DNA of 64,000 nt from Mytilus trossulus (Eukaryota), in the NCBI RefSeq assembly GCF_036588685.1, contig NC_086379.1, positions 62,992,001 through 63,056,000 of the forward strand. The letters are read 5' to 3'. The position numbers and the translations under genes were made by a program. The notes beneath the pieces were generated by a model, which was not told the origin of the DNA, searched no databases, and saw only the letters and a list, made by a program, of their open reading frames with translations. Below are positions 1 through 14,632 of this stretch, in pieces. The first letter of the stretch is position 1. Every line of letters begins with the position of its first letter.

Positions 1-582
1 TTGCAAATATATCATATAATCGTCAAATTTTTCTCTCTGTTTGTTATGATTTAACAAATATGGCTGCTCATTAAATGCCGTGTTTTGAATCCGAGTTTTA
101 CCGGTTATCACCTTATAGTAAACAAATCACAAAAAGCATGGGTATCGAGCACGTGTTTAACATGTATAATCAGATATTTGTTTATTGCAATGACAGATCC
201 ATGCGTATTGTGGTCACCGGATTTTTACGAGGAGGGTAACGCTCGGGTCACTATGCATACGGAAAATATGTCGACGAATTGCTTCCTGAAAGCAAGCAAT
301 TTGAAATAAGTAAACTTCTTCTTAATGTGTACAAATTAAAGAATTTTCTCAGAAAAAAGTATATGTACATAAGTTGTATAATGAAAACTATCAATTAAGT
401 TAAAAAAAAACATATGCATATTTTTTTTTAATTTGAGGTTTCTTATGACTTTAAAAAATTGACTAAAAATTTACTTAATTGGTAACAAAATTTTAAAAAT
501 GTATTTACACAAAAACTACTTATTGTATATGCTATAGCAGAGACGTATATACACATATGTGTATATATGTCTCTGGTTATAG

Positions 583-840
583 TCAATGTGGTTATTTTTT
601 ATACATTTCCTGTGTACAAAATTTTGAATTTTTCGAAAAACAAAGGATTTTCTTATCCCAGGCATAGATTACCTTAGCCGCATTTGGCACAATTTTTTGG
701 GAATTTTGGTTCTTCAATGCTCTTCAACTTTTTACTTGTTTGGCTTTATAAATATTTTGATATGAGCGTCACTGGTGAGTCTTATGTAGACGAAACACGC
801 GTCTGGCGTACTAAATTATAATCCTAGTACCTTTGATAAC
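583..840 (+). mobile_element. Retrozyme-like repeat copy, hammerhead core mutated (CUGGUGA)
   Basis: Near-identical to 15955-16210; core reads GCGTCA CTGGTGA GTCT TATGT AGAC GAAA CACGCG TC TGGCGT. Confidence 0.8.
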
Positions 841-2869
841 AATTTCACAAAGTTAAGTCTGATTATAACATTAAAAAAATTCATTGATATTTTCCACTTG
901 ATTCATATGTTTTTGGTAGTATTCAAGAACGAGATTTAAACGAAACTTAATCCTGTACCTTTGATAACTTTTAACGTCAGAAGAATACATCTTTAGTTGA
1001 ATCATAACAAATTAAAGATCTTGTATTTTGACTTTAACATTTGCGCCATATGTTTGACATAAAGGACCTTAATTTTCTCTCTCCAAAGCTATACTCACTC
1101 AGTAGTAATATCGTTTGCATGTTACTACTTTTGAAAAAAAGTTTTTTTTACATTGTTTACTCGTTAATTTTTAAACGTACATATTGTTACATATTGTCTC
1201 ACATGTGAGATAAAATGTGTGCATCTGAAGGACGCCTCCGGGTGCGGGAATTTCTCGCTACATTGAAGACCTGTTGGTGACCTTCTGCTGTTGTTTTTTT
1301 TTCTACGGTTTCCACAGAAATATCTACTGATAAGATATTTGTTTGACAATTACATGACGCAATCTCATTAATGGTATACAAATATGTGACAAAACCTTTT
1401 TATATCAGGAATTTGAATAGAGAAAGGTACAAGTCCAATTCGAAATACAATTAGAATTTAATTATAGAATGAACAACTTGTTAATGGAATACATTTACTT
1501 TAATGCATCTCGAAATACTTAGTGTAAACGCAATAAAGAAACAGTTCTACTAATAGATGAAGCAAAAAACGATTGGTTAAAAGGGTAATATTTCCTATCA
1601 TGAACATAGGAATTCTAATTATTTACAGTTTTCTTTGTAGTAACTAAACATCAAAAGGGCAAAATCTAACCGTAAGGAATCATGCCATAAGAATAGTTCC
1701 CTAGTCAAAGAAATATCGAAATAAGGGGGGAAAACAATGTAAACAAACTTTTTAGTGCTTGCGTCCAACAAAAAATGGCAAACACGAAAACCAATTTAAC
1801 TGCTCAAGGTGTGCATTTCGATAATTAAAGTCTCTTTTGGTTTCTTTAAGTCTATAATATTTGAAAAAATCAAGCTATTACAAACATTGAGTAGCTATTA
1901 AAACCCAATTAGAACAAAATTTATCCAAACAAGACATAGAAGCAGAGCTTTGTACCACGGAGCTATATCATTAAACATAAAAAGTTTCAAATATTTTGAA
2001 GCCAACTTCAATTAGAAATTTCAGTTATACGTTATCTGTATTTTCATGTCCGTATCGAACCACTGGTGACTGGGCTACAGGTTATAGTTGCTGTGTTTTC
2101 ATCAGTTGTAACCCCGATTTTTTTTTTTCTTCATCGATTTAGGACTATTGTTCTTTTTATATGTCAATTAAAAAACGATGGCAAAGTGTAAAAGGTCAGA
2201 AATAAAATTAAGAATGGAAATAGAAAACACGAAAAATGGGACACCAACTTGTAATCCTAAATGGCCAACGGTTCGACACATAATATCATGCCATGAATAC
2301 AATACGATGGCATCTTATCTGTGTGATCATCCATACATTTTGTTATTAAATACAAAAAAAAACGTACTATAAAACAAAGCATATAAGTAGCTATACCATT
2401 CCTTTGATGTTTTTGAGCTTTTGATTTTGACATTTGATAAAGAACTTTCCATTTTGAATTATCCTTGGAGTTGGGTATTTTTGTTAATTAACTGTATTCT
2501 AGTGAAAGAAATAATCTTGTCTTCTTCTAAAAAAAAACGTCGATTCATGTTAATTCTTCATGTTGGGTATTTGCATTTCATATTATATGCACAGTCACGA
2601 ATGTAAAACTAAGCCTCTTTTGTCGTATGGAATATTTTACTAAGAAATCACTGAGAACAAAAAAAATATTACGGAAACAAATCAGACAAGAATTAACAAT
2701 AACGATTCAAAAATAGAACAAGTTTAGCCAGGAATATAAGTCCAACAAAGCAGCAAAGCAGAAAAAATGCTGAATGAAAACGAGAAAAAAAAGGTAGGAG
2801 AAAACAAATGAAATTATTTTAAAACCTGTTGGTATATTTTGATACTGCCATGATTTAACAAACTTTACT

Positions 2870-3115
2870 AAATTCGTCCGTGAATAAATTTTGAAATTAT
2901 TGTGAAAAAAGGTTTTAATTCCCTCAGGCAAAGTTGGCTTTCGAAGAATTTAGCTATTTATTTTTAGGTATTTTTGACATATAGCTTTTCAACGAATTTC
3001 GGTTCTTATCCATCTTCTGATTTCAAATGTTTGTCTTTAACCGTTCCTGATGAAGGTGCATACAGAAAAGCGCCTCGGACGCAAGCAATTAATAAACGTA
3101 TTATTTTCAATTTAT
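2870..3115 (+). mobile_element. Divergent hammerhead-type repeat (second family), degenerate
   Basis: CGTTC CTGATGA ... GAAA AGCGCC TC GGACG at 3042-3081; upstream part loosely resembles the main family. Confidence 0.45.
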
Positions 3116-4999
3116 TTGTGAATGGTTTTTCAATAGATTTATTTCAGTAATCAAGTTCATTCGTTACGGACAATCCTGTTATTTCACAGCTGTCTGGGTT
3201 AGTTGATGGTGTCCTATATAAAATTTTACCTCGTCTAGTTGCTGTGTGAGTGATGTTCTATGCCTCTGTGAATTACAAAATCATCAAGCTGTTCATAATT
3301 ATTTTTCTTAAATGACCATTTATTCGAAGGGAAAACTCAACAGATAATAGTCTTAATTCACGGTTTGTCAATTGTTAGTGTGTATATCATAGGTGTTTTA
3401 CACCAATTAAAATATGTTTTATATATTGTATAAAGTTCTATTTGAATCTGAAATGTTTCGAAACTAACCAGTTGCTGGAACATTTCAACTGGTATTATAG
3501 ATTAGCTGCTTAATGTATGTAATATATGACTTATCATCTGGTGCGGCTTTACATTTTTTTCTATTTGTCTTCCTGAAACAAGTGTTTGATGCTTCAAGTG
3601 AAGCAGGAACAGTTTTCTATTCAAAGCACCTAAGTTCTTATTCATTTTTCTTTGTCGGGGTTGTCATTGTTCGATCTGTCATTTTCTTGTTTGATTTGTT
3701 TCTATTATAGTCTATTTGTTTAGTTGTTTTTGATCCATGGTGTTGTCTGGCCTTCTCCGATCTTTGATTTAAAATTACCCCATCTCACTATGCATGGTTT
3801 CTTGCAGTTTGGTATTATCTTAAAGGTGAACTGTCATGACATTTGTCCCATATCACTTTGAATACATACACAAAATGAAAAGAAGAAAAAAAACATTATG
3901 TATTATTATTATTATTACTTTTCTATGATAAAAAAAAACACATTTACCTGCAAACAGTTATTATATAAAGACAAATTAATAGAAAACAGTAACTACAAAA
4001 TTAAACTATTTTTTTTACAATCTGAAAATCCTCAAGGGATCGAAAACCGTGTGACAAACTTAATATGAAAAATACATCTATTTGGCTTTTCAACACATTG
4101 TTTGTCTATAAATTAATCCATGATTTTTTACTAGCAGAATTAATAGTGATTATAAACATGCTGCCTTCCACATGTTCAATCTCTTATAAAGTATTCGTGT
4201 AATTGGTATGTATTATGTAACTAGTCCTTGATGAAATGAAATTCAGCACAATCATGAAATATTTCTAATCATTTAGATAAAACAAAGCTCATTTCAATAA
4301 TTTACGATGATATTGCACTTTTACGAAATGCATACGATTCTAAAATGTCGTGGTAATGTGCTATAACGGATGTTTTATAGCTTCCAAAGGGCTCTGAAAT
4401 CAAATTGAATTCCAATTCCTTTGCTTTATAGCTAGACATTTAAAATGAGAATTAAACATATTAACAATGTACGAATGCAAATCAAAACAGATACCAAATT
4501 TTCACATAGAAGAATCACTGGAATTCATGGATACAAGTGATAATATGTGTGGATCGAGTGTTACTATTTGCTTTTTCTTAAACTTTGATCCTACGATCCC
4601 ATTAGGGGCTTGTAGTAAATATCAACAAATATAATGTAATCATAAGAACATAAAATGTCGCGAAGCTTTTACTATCAAGAGGAAACGTATATCAGATACA
4701 TTTAGTATAAAACTGCCTTTTATTTTTTATATATACTTCAATTTTCCAAGTGAAACTGGTTGAAAAAAAAACGAAAAATTGGATATTTATTCTTTACTTT
4801 AAATTTTCTTTTTGACAGTTAAGTTACTTTTGTTACATCCTATTGTGCTTATACTTTCCAATTCCGTTCGCAATGCCCGTGTTTGTAGATTTCAACGAAT
4901 GTCATCTATCTTTGAAATGGGGGTTTTCTTTACCACTTGACTATACCTGATGATAGCTCATGACAAACGGGATATTTCGTCGGCGGTGTTTTGTCAATA

Positions 5000-6420
5000 A
5001 AGAAAAGTAACTGCAATGTACAGCTTCATTGCAATAGATGTATTATTCCATTTAGCAGCTCTAAAATAAACAGTTGTAACATTTTCAAAGATTAATTGAT
5101 TAAGCATGAGAAATTGAGATACGCCTATTGCTGATCACAAACCGCTGTCACTAAATCAACAGCCATAAGTTACAGTTTTAAACGAACATATGCATAATTC
5201 GTTAAACAACAAAATTTCTAACACTAAATGTTTGGAGGACAAGTTTTGTATATGTTGCTTCTAGCATTTAAAGCACCCAGTGTTAAATACAAACTGTTTA
5301 TTGAAATCCTGCAAAAATGAATCGTATTTCCTCAATAAACTCTGAAATTAAGTAGAAAGATGAGTAGTTTATGATTTCTGTACTCCTCGTTGTCTTTTTT
5401 AAAAGTATGATTTTTTTTCTCCCAGAATTTAATTAGTACCAAGGAATGGAAAGACGTCCTATAAATTTTGTCATGAAGATTACCGTGAGATATTCAGTAA
5501 CGCTTGGTTATTAAATTAATTCAAAATGATACATTTGATTTGTAGATTTAGATAGATTGATTGATGATTGATTAAAATAAAATGGCAAAAAATATAGCAT
5601 GCATGTTAAGGACTAGGTGTAGATTTTCATGAATCTAGAAATATAGAAAATGTAGTCTCAATAAGAACTTGGACTGTTTAAAAGAATTATCTTCCATGTT
5701 CTTTTGTGTTCGAACACGATGATGTCTAGCAATAACTGTTTGAAAGTACAGTTAATAAATTTGCGAGTTAGTTGCCGTCAGAACACACATCTTCAAGATA
5801 CCAAGGTTATAATTTGTATGCCAGACGCATAGTTTGACTCAATATGAAGATAACGAACGTCCAATTGCAAATGTTCATGCATATTAATGACACTAACATG
5901 TTAATACGATATGAATATGATCCAGAACCTAGCTTTGTACTAGACCAAAACGCTGAAACGGATTTCTTAAATGCAATTCCTATTGAAACATTGTCTTTGA
6001 CTCGACCAACATTAAACCCACATAGTCATCAGCATATTCGATAAATATAAATCACAGGTCAAACAATACAGTAGTAGCAAAAGGGTTGTTTGTTAAGAGG
6101 ATTTTACCATTTGGAATCCTATTAACACCAACTAAACAATTTCTACAATGCCACTTCATTTGTAGACTGGTCTCGTTAATATCAGTCTAACAACGTGATT
6201 ACCGTAGTTCTCAAACCTATTATAGAAATAAATTTTGATCTTCCCTGAAAAGGTCTCTGATGTCGTACAATAGTTTTTGATTAATGAGTTTTTAATTTAC
6301 AAACACACTGCGGAAATGTGATTGAGTTCTGCTTGTCAGATTGATAGCTTATGTTAAATGCACATGAGGTATGAGCTATAATTCATTATTGTACAAAAAT
6401 ATCGGTAATTCTAAATTTTC
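5000..6420 (-). pseudogene. Decayed Toll-like receptor-like remnant (copy I)
   Basis: Minus-strand fragments: ENLELPIFLYNNEL*LIP (LRR-like, ~6365-6420), KILLTNNPF (LRR-CT-like, 6079-6105), and KYDSFL..KQFVF..MLE..RNFV (TIR box-1-like, ~5200-5335). Many stops and frameshifts. Confidence 0.4.
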
Positions 6421-6702
6421 TTGTCGTTGAACGTACGATTAAAAATTTCTCAACTCAATTATTAAGGGGAAAGCCCATTTAAATTAAAGGAGAGAGGGGT
6501 TACGTTTTTTCCTAAAAACGATATTCTGATCCCAATTTGATGAAAAAATATTGTTGTCAAGCAGGTGACAACAACAAATTGTGTTCTGAATTCAGATTTT
6601 CCCCTTACCTAATAGTGTTAAATGAAAACAAATGTATATTGATAGTGTTGGGAATCTAAAGAAAAAAGCAGGTTACAACAAATTCTATGTTTGAATGATA
6701 CC

Positions 6703-6878
6703 AATACACCTTATCGCTATTTGTCCGCCATTACTGGATATCACACAGGTTCCTGTAAAATGTTGACGTCATAAAACAAAATATCTGACGCCACAATGAA
6801 AAATTGATTGTTGTATGCGTCAAAAGGTCAAGCTGCCGGGTCGGCCGGCCGAGTAGGCTAATAGCGATAAGGTGTATT
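6703..6878. mobile_element. Short MITE with perfect 19 bp TIRs
   Basis: AATACACCTTATCGCTATT at 6703 and its reverse complement at 6860-6878. Confidence 0.8.
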
Positions 6879-7004
6879 TTCACATGCTAAAAGAAAGATA
6901 CCGACTTTCAAACCACGTTTTACGACCAAGAAATATTTGGTCCAGCATTTTGATAAATCATTACACTTCTATGTTCATAATTAATGTCAGCTTTCTTGTC
7001 TTTC

Positions 7005-8545
7005 GATAAGAGTTTTGTGTTTGTCCTTTTTAAAACCTTTAATGATTCTTGTCTGTAATAATGCGTATAAAGTAATACTTGATTGTGGAGTGTTGTGATA
7101 TGAAGTTGAAAAGTAGTTCTGTAGTTGTTTTGTTGTTTATACTTCCAATAAAATAACTATATTAGAATATGGGAATTTTGTGGCAACTGCATTTTCAAGG
7201 ACACACGGAATAGTGTTTAATATTATTAATAATAACGTTTCTTTTGATACAAGCTATAAATATTGCATTAAACTTTCCTCTATTTTATACATTTGATTTA
7301 GTCGTATTGTCATTAATATCAATTGTATGTGTTTATACATCGAATTTCAAATGACGGATGCTTTTAGGCATGCCAGATAGAATAACATATTTTTCACTGA
7401 ATTATTGAATACCATGCCCTGTACTTGTGTTCACGTTTGACACTGAATGGTATTTCCTATGTGTCCATTCATTATCGTTAGGGAATAGCAAAATTATAAA
7501 ATCCACAGAATTACACGCTGTGTCAATACTTTCATGATCATCAATAATTCTGATCAGTTATATAATCAAAATGCATATTTCAGAAGTGAAAGGCAGGTAG
7601 ATTTTCCCGTCATTAATTTTTATTACATAAAAACGTGCTTCTAATTTTTCCTAAAATCTACATTTTAAAATAGATTTTATCTTGATAAGCGTAAAAAGAT
7701 ATAAAACATTTAGTGTATGATTCTAAAATATAGCTCGGTACCAATCATTGTGGTGGTTCAAAGAGTAGTACAAATATATCAAACACAACGAAAATGGTTT
7801 TCAAAGATATAAGTTTAAAAGAACTATGAAACTAACATCAAGGGCAAAGCGGACAATAGTTTCTCGGTTTCTTTTTTACTTTAGACTGTTTCATCTGGAA
7901 CTAATAAATAAAGGTATCATATACCTTGTTTCATCGCTAAGTAAAGATGATTATGTCGTCGCTCTATTACATATGTTGCTTAAGTATACTAAAGCTTGTA
8001 AACAGGACAAAAAGACGAAAATTTGGTTTACCTGCAGTGATGGTTAATATCTTTTAGGCCAAACATGTTGATTGAAATTTTGTATTTGGTACAGGGTAAA
8101 ACATTACTTATTCCGAGTATTTATTTTTTTGAAACAAAGATTACTTCTGTACATTTTTTTTATGTTGAAAAAGTTCCAATTCAACAGAGACCAGGGACGT
8201 ATATAAGTCCTTGCAGAGATCAGGGACGTATATAAGTCCTTGCAGAGATCAGGGACGTATATAAGTCCTTGCAGAGACTAAAACGGACAAATCACTGGTG
8301 ATTTTACTTATTTAGCGAATAGTGTGTTTAATATTTGAGCATTTAAACAATTCAAAGCAATAACTTTAATTTAATTCCATCGATTCAAAGATTAATGGCT
8401 AAAGAAAAATATACTATCTTTGGTCCTTGAACTCGGCCATTGTAAAAGCTTGGATTTTACTCTTTTATTTTATAGAAACATATATTTTCTGTAGACTGAA
8501 TCATATTCTAGGTGTTAATATCTCGGTATTGCATGCAGTGGAAAG
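7005..8545 (-). pseudogene. Decayed LRR/TLR-like remnant (copy II), tandem duplicate of 9105-10735
   Basis: Collinear nucleotide similarity to 9105-10735, e.g. GCAAAATTATAAAATCCACAGAATTACACGCTGTGTCAATA in both; the same block recurs near 18290-18330. Confidence 0.5.
8185..8278. repeat. Tandem repeat, 3 x 29 bp
   Basis: CAGAGA(C/T)CAGGGACGTATATAAGTCCTTG repeated three times. Confidence 0.9.
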
Positions 8546-9104
8546 TAAAATAACAAAAATACCGAACTCCGAGGAAAATTGAAAACGGAAAGTCCGTAAT
8601 CCAATGGCAAAATCAAAAGCTCAAACACATCAAACGAATGGATAGCAGTTTTCATATTCCTGTCTTGGTACAGGCATTCTTTTGTGTAAAAAATAATGTA
8701 TTCAACCTGATTTTAAAGCTAGCTGAACCTCTCACTTGAATGACAGTTGCATTGGATGTTTATTATATTGACAATGATGTGTGAACCAAAAAAACAGATA
8801 TTATTGTTAAAAATGTAAAAAATTGGGGGACAGCAGTCATCATTGTGTTTTAATCTTAATCACTATTAAAAAACATGTAACAAAAAACCATAAAAGGCAT
8901 ATAGGCAAAGCATATTAGCAAAATTAAAGACAAGAAAACAAAAAAAGATGAGAGAAAGATACTATAGGGACAATCAAACTCATAAATCGAAAATAAACTG
9001 ACAACCCCATGGCTTAAAATTAAAAGACAAACAGCCAAATGAAAGTATACAAGACAACACATTGAAAACTAAAGACTAAGCAACACGAGTGACACAAGAA
9101 ACTC

Positions 9105-10735
9105 TTCAATAAGAGATTTGTGTTTGTCCCTTTTGCATCCTTTAATTAATCTTGTTTGCGTAAATGCGTATAAAGTAATAATTGATTGAGGAGTGTTGTG
9201 ATATGAAGCTGAAAAGTTGTTCTGTAGTTTTTTGTTGTTTATACTTCCAATAAAATGACCTTTTTAGGTTATGGCAATTTTTTGACAACTGAATTGCCAA
9301 TGACACACGAAATAGGGTTTCAATACAATCAATAATAAAGGGTTTTCTGATACCATCAATACATATTGCATTAGACTTTCCTATTTTATACATTTGATTT
9401 AGTCGTTTTGTCATTAATATCAATTGTTTGTGTTGATGCATTGAATCTAAAATGACGGATGCTTTATGCGTGCTAGATAGAACAACATATTTTTCACTGA
9501 AGTAGTGAATACCATGACCTTTACGTGTGTTCACGTTTGACACTGAATGGTATTTTCTTTTTATTCATTTATAATTGTTAGGGTACGAAATAGCAAAATT
9601 ATAAAATCCACAGAATTACACGCTGTGTCAATATTTTCAATACCATCAATAATTCTGATCAGTTACATAATCAAAATGCATATGTCTAAAATGTATGGCA
9701 GCTATATTTTCCCTTCATTAATTTTTATTACAGAAAAACGTGCTTTGAATTTGTCCTAAAATACATTTAAACTAGAGATTTAACTTGATCAGCATACAAA
9801 ACATACATATTTTAGTTTATGAGCAAGATTCTTTCGTTCAGCTCGGTACCAATACTCGGTGGTGGTTCAAGGTGTACGGTTTAAATATACAAAACACCAC
9901 GGAATGGTAGTCAGCGATATAGGTTTAAAAGGACTTGGATACTAAAAATCACCAGGGCACTACGGACAATAGTTTCTTTTTTTAATTTCTCTTTTTAATA
10001 ACTAAGTACTTTACACAGTTTCATCTGGTGCTAATTGATAAAGGTAGCATATACCTTGTTGCATTGCTATGATAGTATACAATATAAGGTCAATGTCAGC
10101 AAAATATAAACTTATTGTAAGAGGCTGAGAAACTTTTGAAGGGCGATGTTTTACCGAGCACTTCCCCAGTTTTATGCTGATTACAAAACAACAGCTTATA
10201 TTTCTATTAAATTGACCTAACATTGTGAAACTTCAACTTCAATAATAATTGATAGCTATTTAATTTGTAACAATTGAAAAAGAGTTCCATTGCACAAAAT
10301 AAAGCTGTGTTACTATATTTAGGAAATAAACACAACTAGTTGCAGTATAAAGGAAATTATTTTGTCACTTCATTTAGTATATTGCTATACTATCAATATA
10401 CCAAAGCTGGTAAACAGGGGGAGGAAGAACATTTAATTGGCTAAATTGCAGTGATGGTCATTATATTATATGCAGTGAAATGTTTTGTGAAAATGTGTCT
10501 TTAGTACTGGACGGGATAAACATTACTTATGCCAAGTATTTGGTTTTTTATAATCAGATATAAGTTCTGCACATTTTTGAAAAAAGTGCCAATTTAACAT
10601 TTTAGCATGTAACTTTTATTTCAATTTCACGGATTCGACCTCGGTAATTTATGAATTATTCCTCTATTTCATAGCAATTTAATCATTCCTGTAGACCGAA
10701 GTGGAATAATCTCGGTATTACATGTAGTGAAATAT
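9105..10735 (-). pseudogene. Decayed LRR/TLR-like remnant (copy III)
   Basis: Residual ORF 9142-9543; frameshifted ID/VSENP..DC (LRR-CT-like) at ~9320-9365; duplicate of copy II. Confidence 0.5.
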
Positions 10736-12240
10736 TGCTTTTAAATTACGACCTTAAGAGTGTTTAATTTTGACATTGCTATGCATTCGACGGTTATTGA
10801 ACAGATTTTGGTTAAAGTTATCACTGCAGTAAAATTAATACTCACCAACATCAGTGCACATTACAATAGATTCACTGAAGCAAATCGAAGCTGGTAAAGC
10901 ACGCTACGCATATATAACGTATGTGCTATTTCAAGTTTATAAGAGAAATTAATTAAAGTTGTATATGAATATATAGGAAATATATACGTAAGATTGTACA
11001 AATATGCGACTCAAATGTTATAGTAATTTGAACGACCTTGCTGGATGTGTAAATACGCGGTCACGATCAGTCAGAACGGTGAAGTAAATTCTGATGCCGA
11101 GCTAGGGAAGGGGGTTGATTAGCTACCTGTCCGTGTAATTAACTTGTTAAGTGGTCCGTAGATGACTTATGATTACTTATAGCAACGCAAAATTTCTGTC
11201 GATACTTAACATATTTATTTTCCAGTGGTTACCATATTTCCCGCCCTTTATTCAGGTCCACCCTTATTACACCTAACAAATAAGGTGGATTTAATTTGAT
11301 ATGTCTAGTTCTGGCTTTGTATAGAATATTTGCCAAGCAAAAACAAATATTTAGTTTGGTTTCATACCGTGATTTTTTCGAGTAAATAAGGTCCTAATCG
11401 TTTACATTTTATACGTCGACAAAGATGACCATTCATAGTCAGAAGGTAAAACGCCATACGTTATATTTTACTATATCATGAAAAACAGTCGGTTTACATG
11501 CAAACATTTATAGCAACACATAAATGCAGTATTATGAAAGTTACGCGATCTTTGCAAGTTCAAAATGTGCTTGTACCGAAGAAGAGTACTAAGACGGCCT
11601 TGTGCAAGGCAAAATGTCTGCCCCAACACAACAATCCCTCGTTTTTTAACGGGCAAAAACCAATCTTCATCTAGTTCAACCAACCTTGATGAGCCTTCCT
11701 AATAAATTTACTCTAACTAAAGGTCATTATCCATATTAATAAATGTTTGGCCACTAGACGATACGCAATTTAATGATAATAACAAAAAACAAAAAATGAG
11801 TCATTAAACACCAACGGGATATTAAAACGCATGAGAAGAAATCAAACTGACAATGCTATAGCAAAACAAAATACTACCAAAAAGGCAAACAACAGGTCAA
11901 ACAAAACACAACATACAAAGACAAAGTAATGCAAACCCAACAAAAACACGGGGTTAACTCTGGTGCACTAACAGGGTAAGCAAATCCTGCTCCACATAAA
12001 ATAATACGCCTCGGGACACTCCATGTTCTTCTGGCAATAAAAACTGTAGCAATGTGTTAAAAAAAAACATCTAGTAACAAATTCATATCCTGCAGTCGAG
12101 TAAACAAAACATGGACAGAAATGCAATTTTAAATGACATATAAGTAGTGAAATGAATACTAGTATGTCAAACAATGAACTTAATAGATTTTAATTATCAA
12201 GAAAGTATGAAAGGTAAAAACTAAAATCAGAAGATGGTAC

Positions 12241-12402
12241 AAAATTGAGAATGGAAATGGGGAATGTGTCAAAGAGACAACAACCCGACTAAATAAAAAA
12301 ACAACAGCAGAAGGTCACCAACAGGTCTTCAATGTAGCGAGAAATTCCCGCACCCGGAGGCGTCCTTCAGCTGGCCCCTAAACAAATATATACTAGTTCA
12401 GT
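12241..12402 (+). repeat. Interspersed repeat (AAAATTGAGAATGGAAATGGGGAATGTGTCAAAGAGAC family)
   Basis: Inverted near-identical copy at ~1223-1300; other fragments at ~33190-33467 plus 36082-36130 and ~43575-43620. Confidence 0.75.
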
Positions 12403-13776
12403 ATGTTTATATATAAAACGAATACAAAACTATATACGGTAAGGGTGCCTTAGGAGGAAGATTTTTTAGCAGGACTAGATAACAGACAAGAGACATGTTT
12501 AGAAGAAAGATATGTTTCAAGAAATTATCAATGTAGCAAAGTATCAACCATCTTAATCTCGAGCACCAAGTTTCAAGAATATAAACTTTGTCTAGAACGT
12601 TTAATTTTGTCATTATTTTTTTTTAATTCGTCGGCAAATTAATGTTTATATTTCCATGCTGGTCTTACTTGGAGCGAAATAGATTTGTCAGCTAGTACTT
12701 AGAAATCAATTATATAATGTTGCACCAACTACGATATACGATAACTCTAAGAACTTTCGCCGTCAGTTATTCATTTCTAGAAATGTACAGCAAGTTTGTT
12801 TCGCTCAAGGTAATGTATAGATTCGTAATTAAAAACTTATGTATATGATTGCTGCTCTGCAGGTGTGGCATTTCCTTAAACGTCGACAAGTAATGCTATA
12901 TTCTTGATTGACGTTTTAAAGTCAACATTACACTTTTTTAAACAGTTACAGCAGCAGTATTATGCGTGACACAGAGTCCCTTTACGATAATTCTAAAAAG
13001 CGTCCGTTTGGATTTGACGGTTGACTAAATACGTAGCAACGTCCGAAGAGATTATGGACATTATATACGTACCGTTCGTTCCACATATACCCTACCTATT
13101 GTATTTGTGATTTTGTTTTCTTGCTGCATATGAATGGCGTTTATTTTGGGAGTTTGAATTTAGGCAAGATTATGGGGAATGGGCGGGGCATTCAATCAAT
13201 CAAGATGACAAGATTATTGTAGTTCACAAAGTCATTATTCTCACTCACAAATACCATGTGCTAAGCGGAGTCGCAGCAACAATTTAAAGGTGCATGTCTT
13301 TGGTTTAATCTGGCCGGGTATCGAACCAACGACTTCCCGACCTCGAAGGAAGCCAGTAAACCCCGATGTGCCATTGTTTTCCATTCAGCGAAAATGACAC
13401 TTTCAACATGAAGCTCCTTCTGACCACCAACATAACTCTTCTTGTACCCATAACAACTGCAACACGTGACACTTAAACGGAATCTATAAGTATAAATAAA
13501 GGCAACAGTAGTATACCGCTGTTCAAAACTCATAAATCCATGGACAAAAAACAAAATCGGGGTAACATACTAAAACCGAGGGAAACGCATTAAATATAAG
13601 AGGAGAACACACACAGAAACGGACCAAGCATCAGACAAAACACCACGAGAATAACAAATATAACATGAAAACCAAATACATGACTTTGGGATAGACAAGT
13701 ACCGTGCCACGTCTTATAAGTTAGTTGGTCTCTTGTGGGGATTTCGAGTTGGAAATCAAACCACGTCTTCTTTTTT

Positions 13777-14632
13777 GTTGAGCCTTCGACTTTAGTCGAA
13801 AAAGCGAGACTAAGCGATCCTACTTGTCGGCGGCGTCGGCGGCGTCAACAAATATTCACTCTGTGGTTAAAGTTTTTGAAATTTTAATAACTTTCTTCAA
13901 CTATACTGGATTTCTACTAAACTTGGACAGAAGCTTGTTTATGATCATAAGATAGTATCCAGAAGTAAACTTTGTATAAATAAAATTCCATTTTTTCCAT
14001 ATTTTACTTATAAATGGACTTAGTTTTTTCTGCAGGAAAACATAACATTCACTCTGTGGTTAAAGTTTTTGGAATTTAATAACTTTCTTAAACTATCCTT
14101 GGTCTGTTCCAAACTTGGACAGAAGCTTGTTTATGATCATAAGATAGTATCCAGAAATAAATTTTGTAAAAAGATAACTTCGTTGTTCCGTATTTTACTT
14201 TTAAATGGACTTAGTTTACTGGGGGGAAACATTACATTCACTCTATAGTTAAAGTTTTTTAAATTTTAATAACTTTCTTAAACTATCCTGGGTTTGTACT
14301 AAACTTGGACAGAAGCTTATTTATGATCATAAGATAGTATCCAGAAATAAATTTTGTAAAAAGATAACTTCATTTTTTCTGTAGTTTACTTTTAAATGGA
14401 CTTAGATTTTCTTCCAGTTGACATTACATACAGTCTGCTGTTTAAGTTTTCAAAACATTTATTAGATTCATTAACTATCCTAGATTTTTACCAAACTTGG
14501 GCAGAAGTTTCTTACAATCAAAAGAAAGTATCAAGAGGAATATTTTTATTGATTTTTTTCCTCATTTTTGTTGAGCCTGCGATTTACAGCAAAAGTAGGC
14601 GAGACACTGGGTTCCGCGGAACCCTTACAAAT
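13777..14632 (-). mobile_element. Helentron/HINE-like non-autonomous element with ~190 bp internal tandem repeats
   Basis: Terminal hairpins (TTCGACTTTAGTCGAA; GGGTTCCGCGGAACCC), (CGGCGT)n microsatellite, 3-4 internal units containing AAACTTGGACAGAAGCTTGTTTATGATCATAAG. Confidence 0.65.

Noticed and set aside
85-4900. Short ORFs of 60-75 aa in the first 5 kb
   Set aside because: No recognisable domains or splice-consistent exon chain; several overlap repeats.
4945-4990. CTGATGA as another hammerhead
   Set aside because: No GAAA or pairable stems could be identified.
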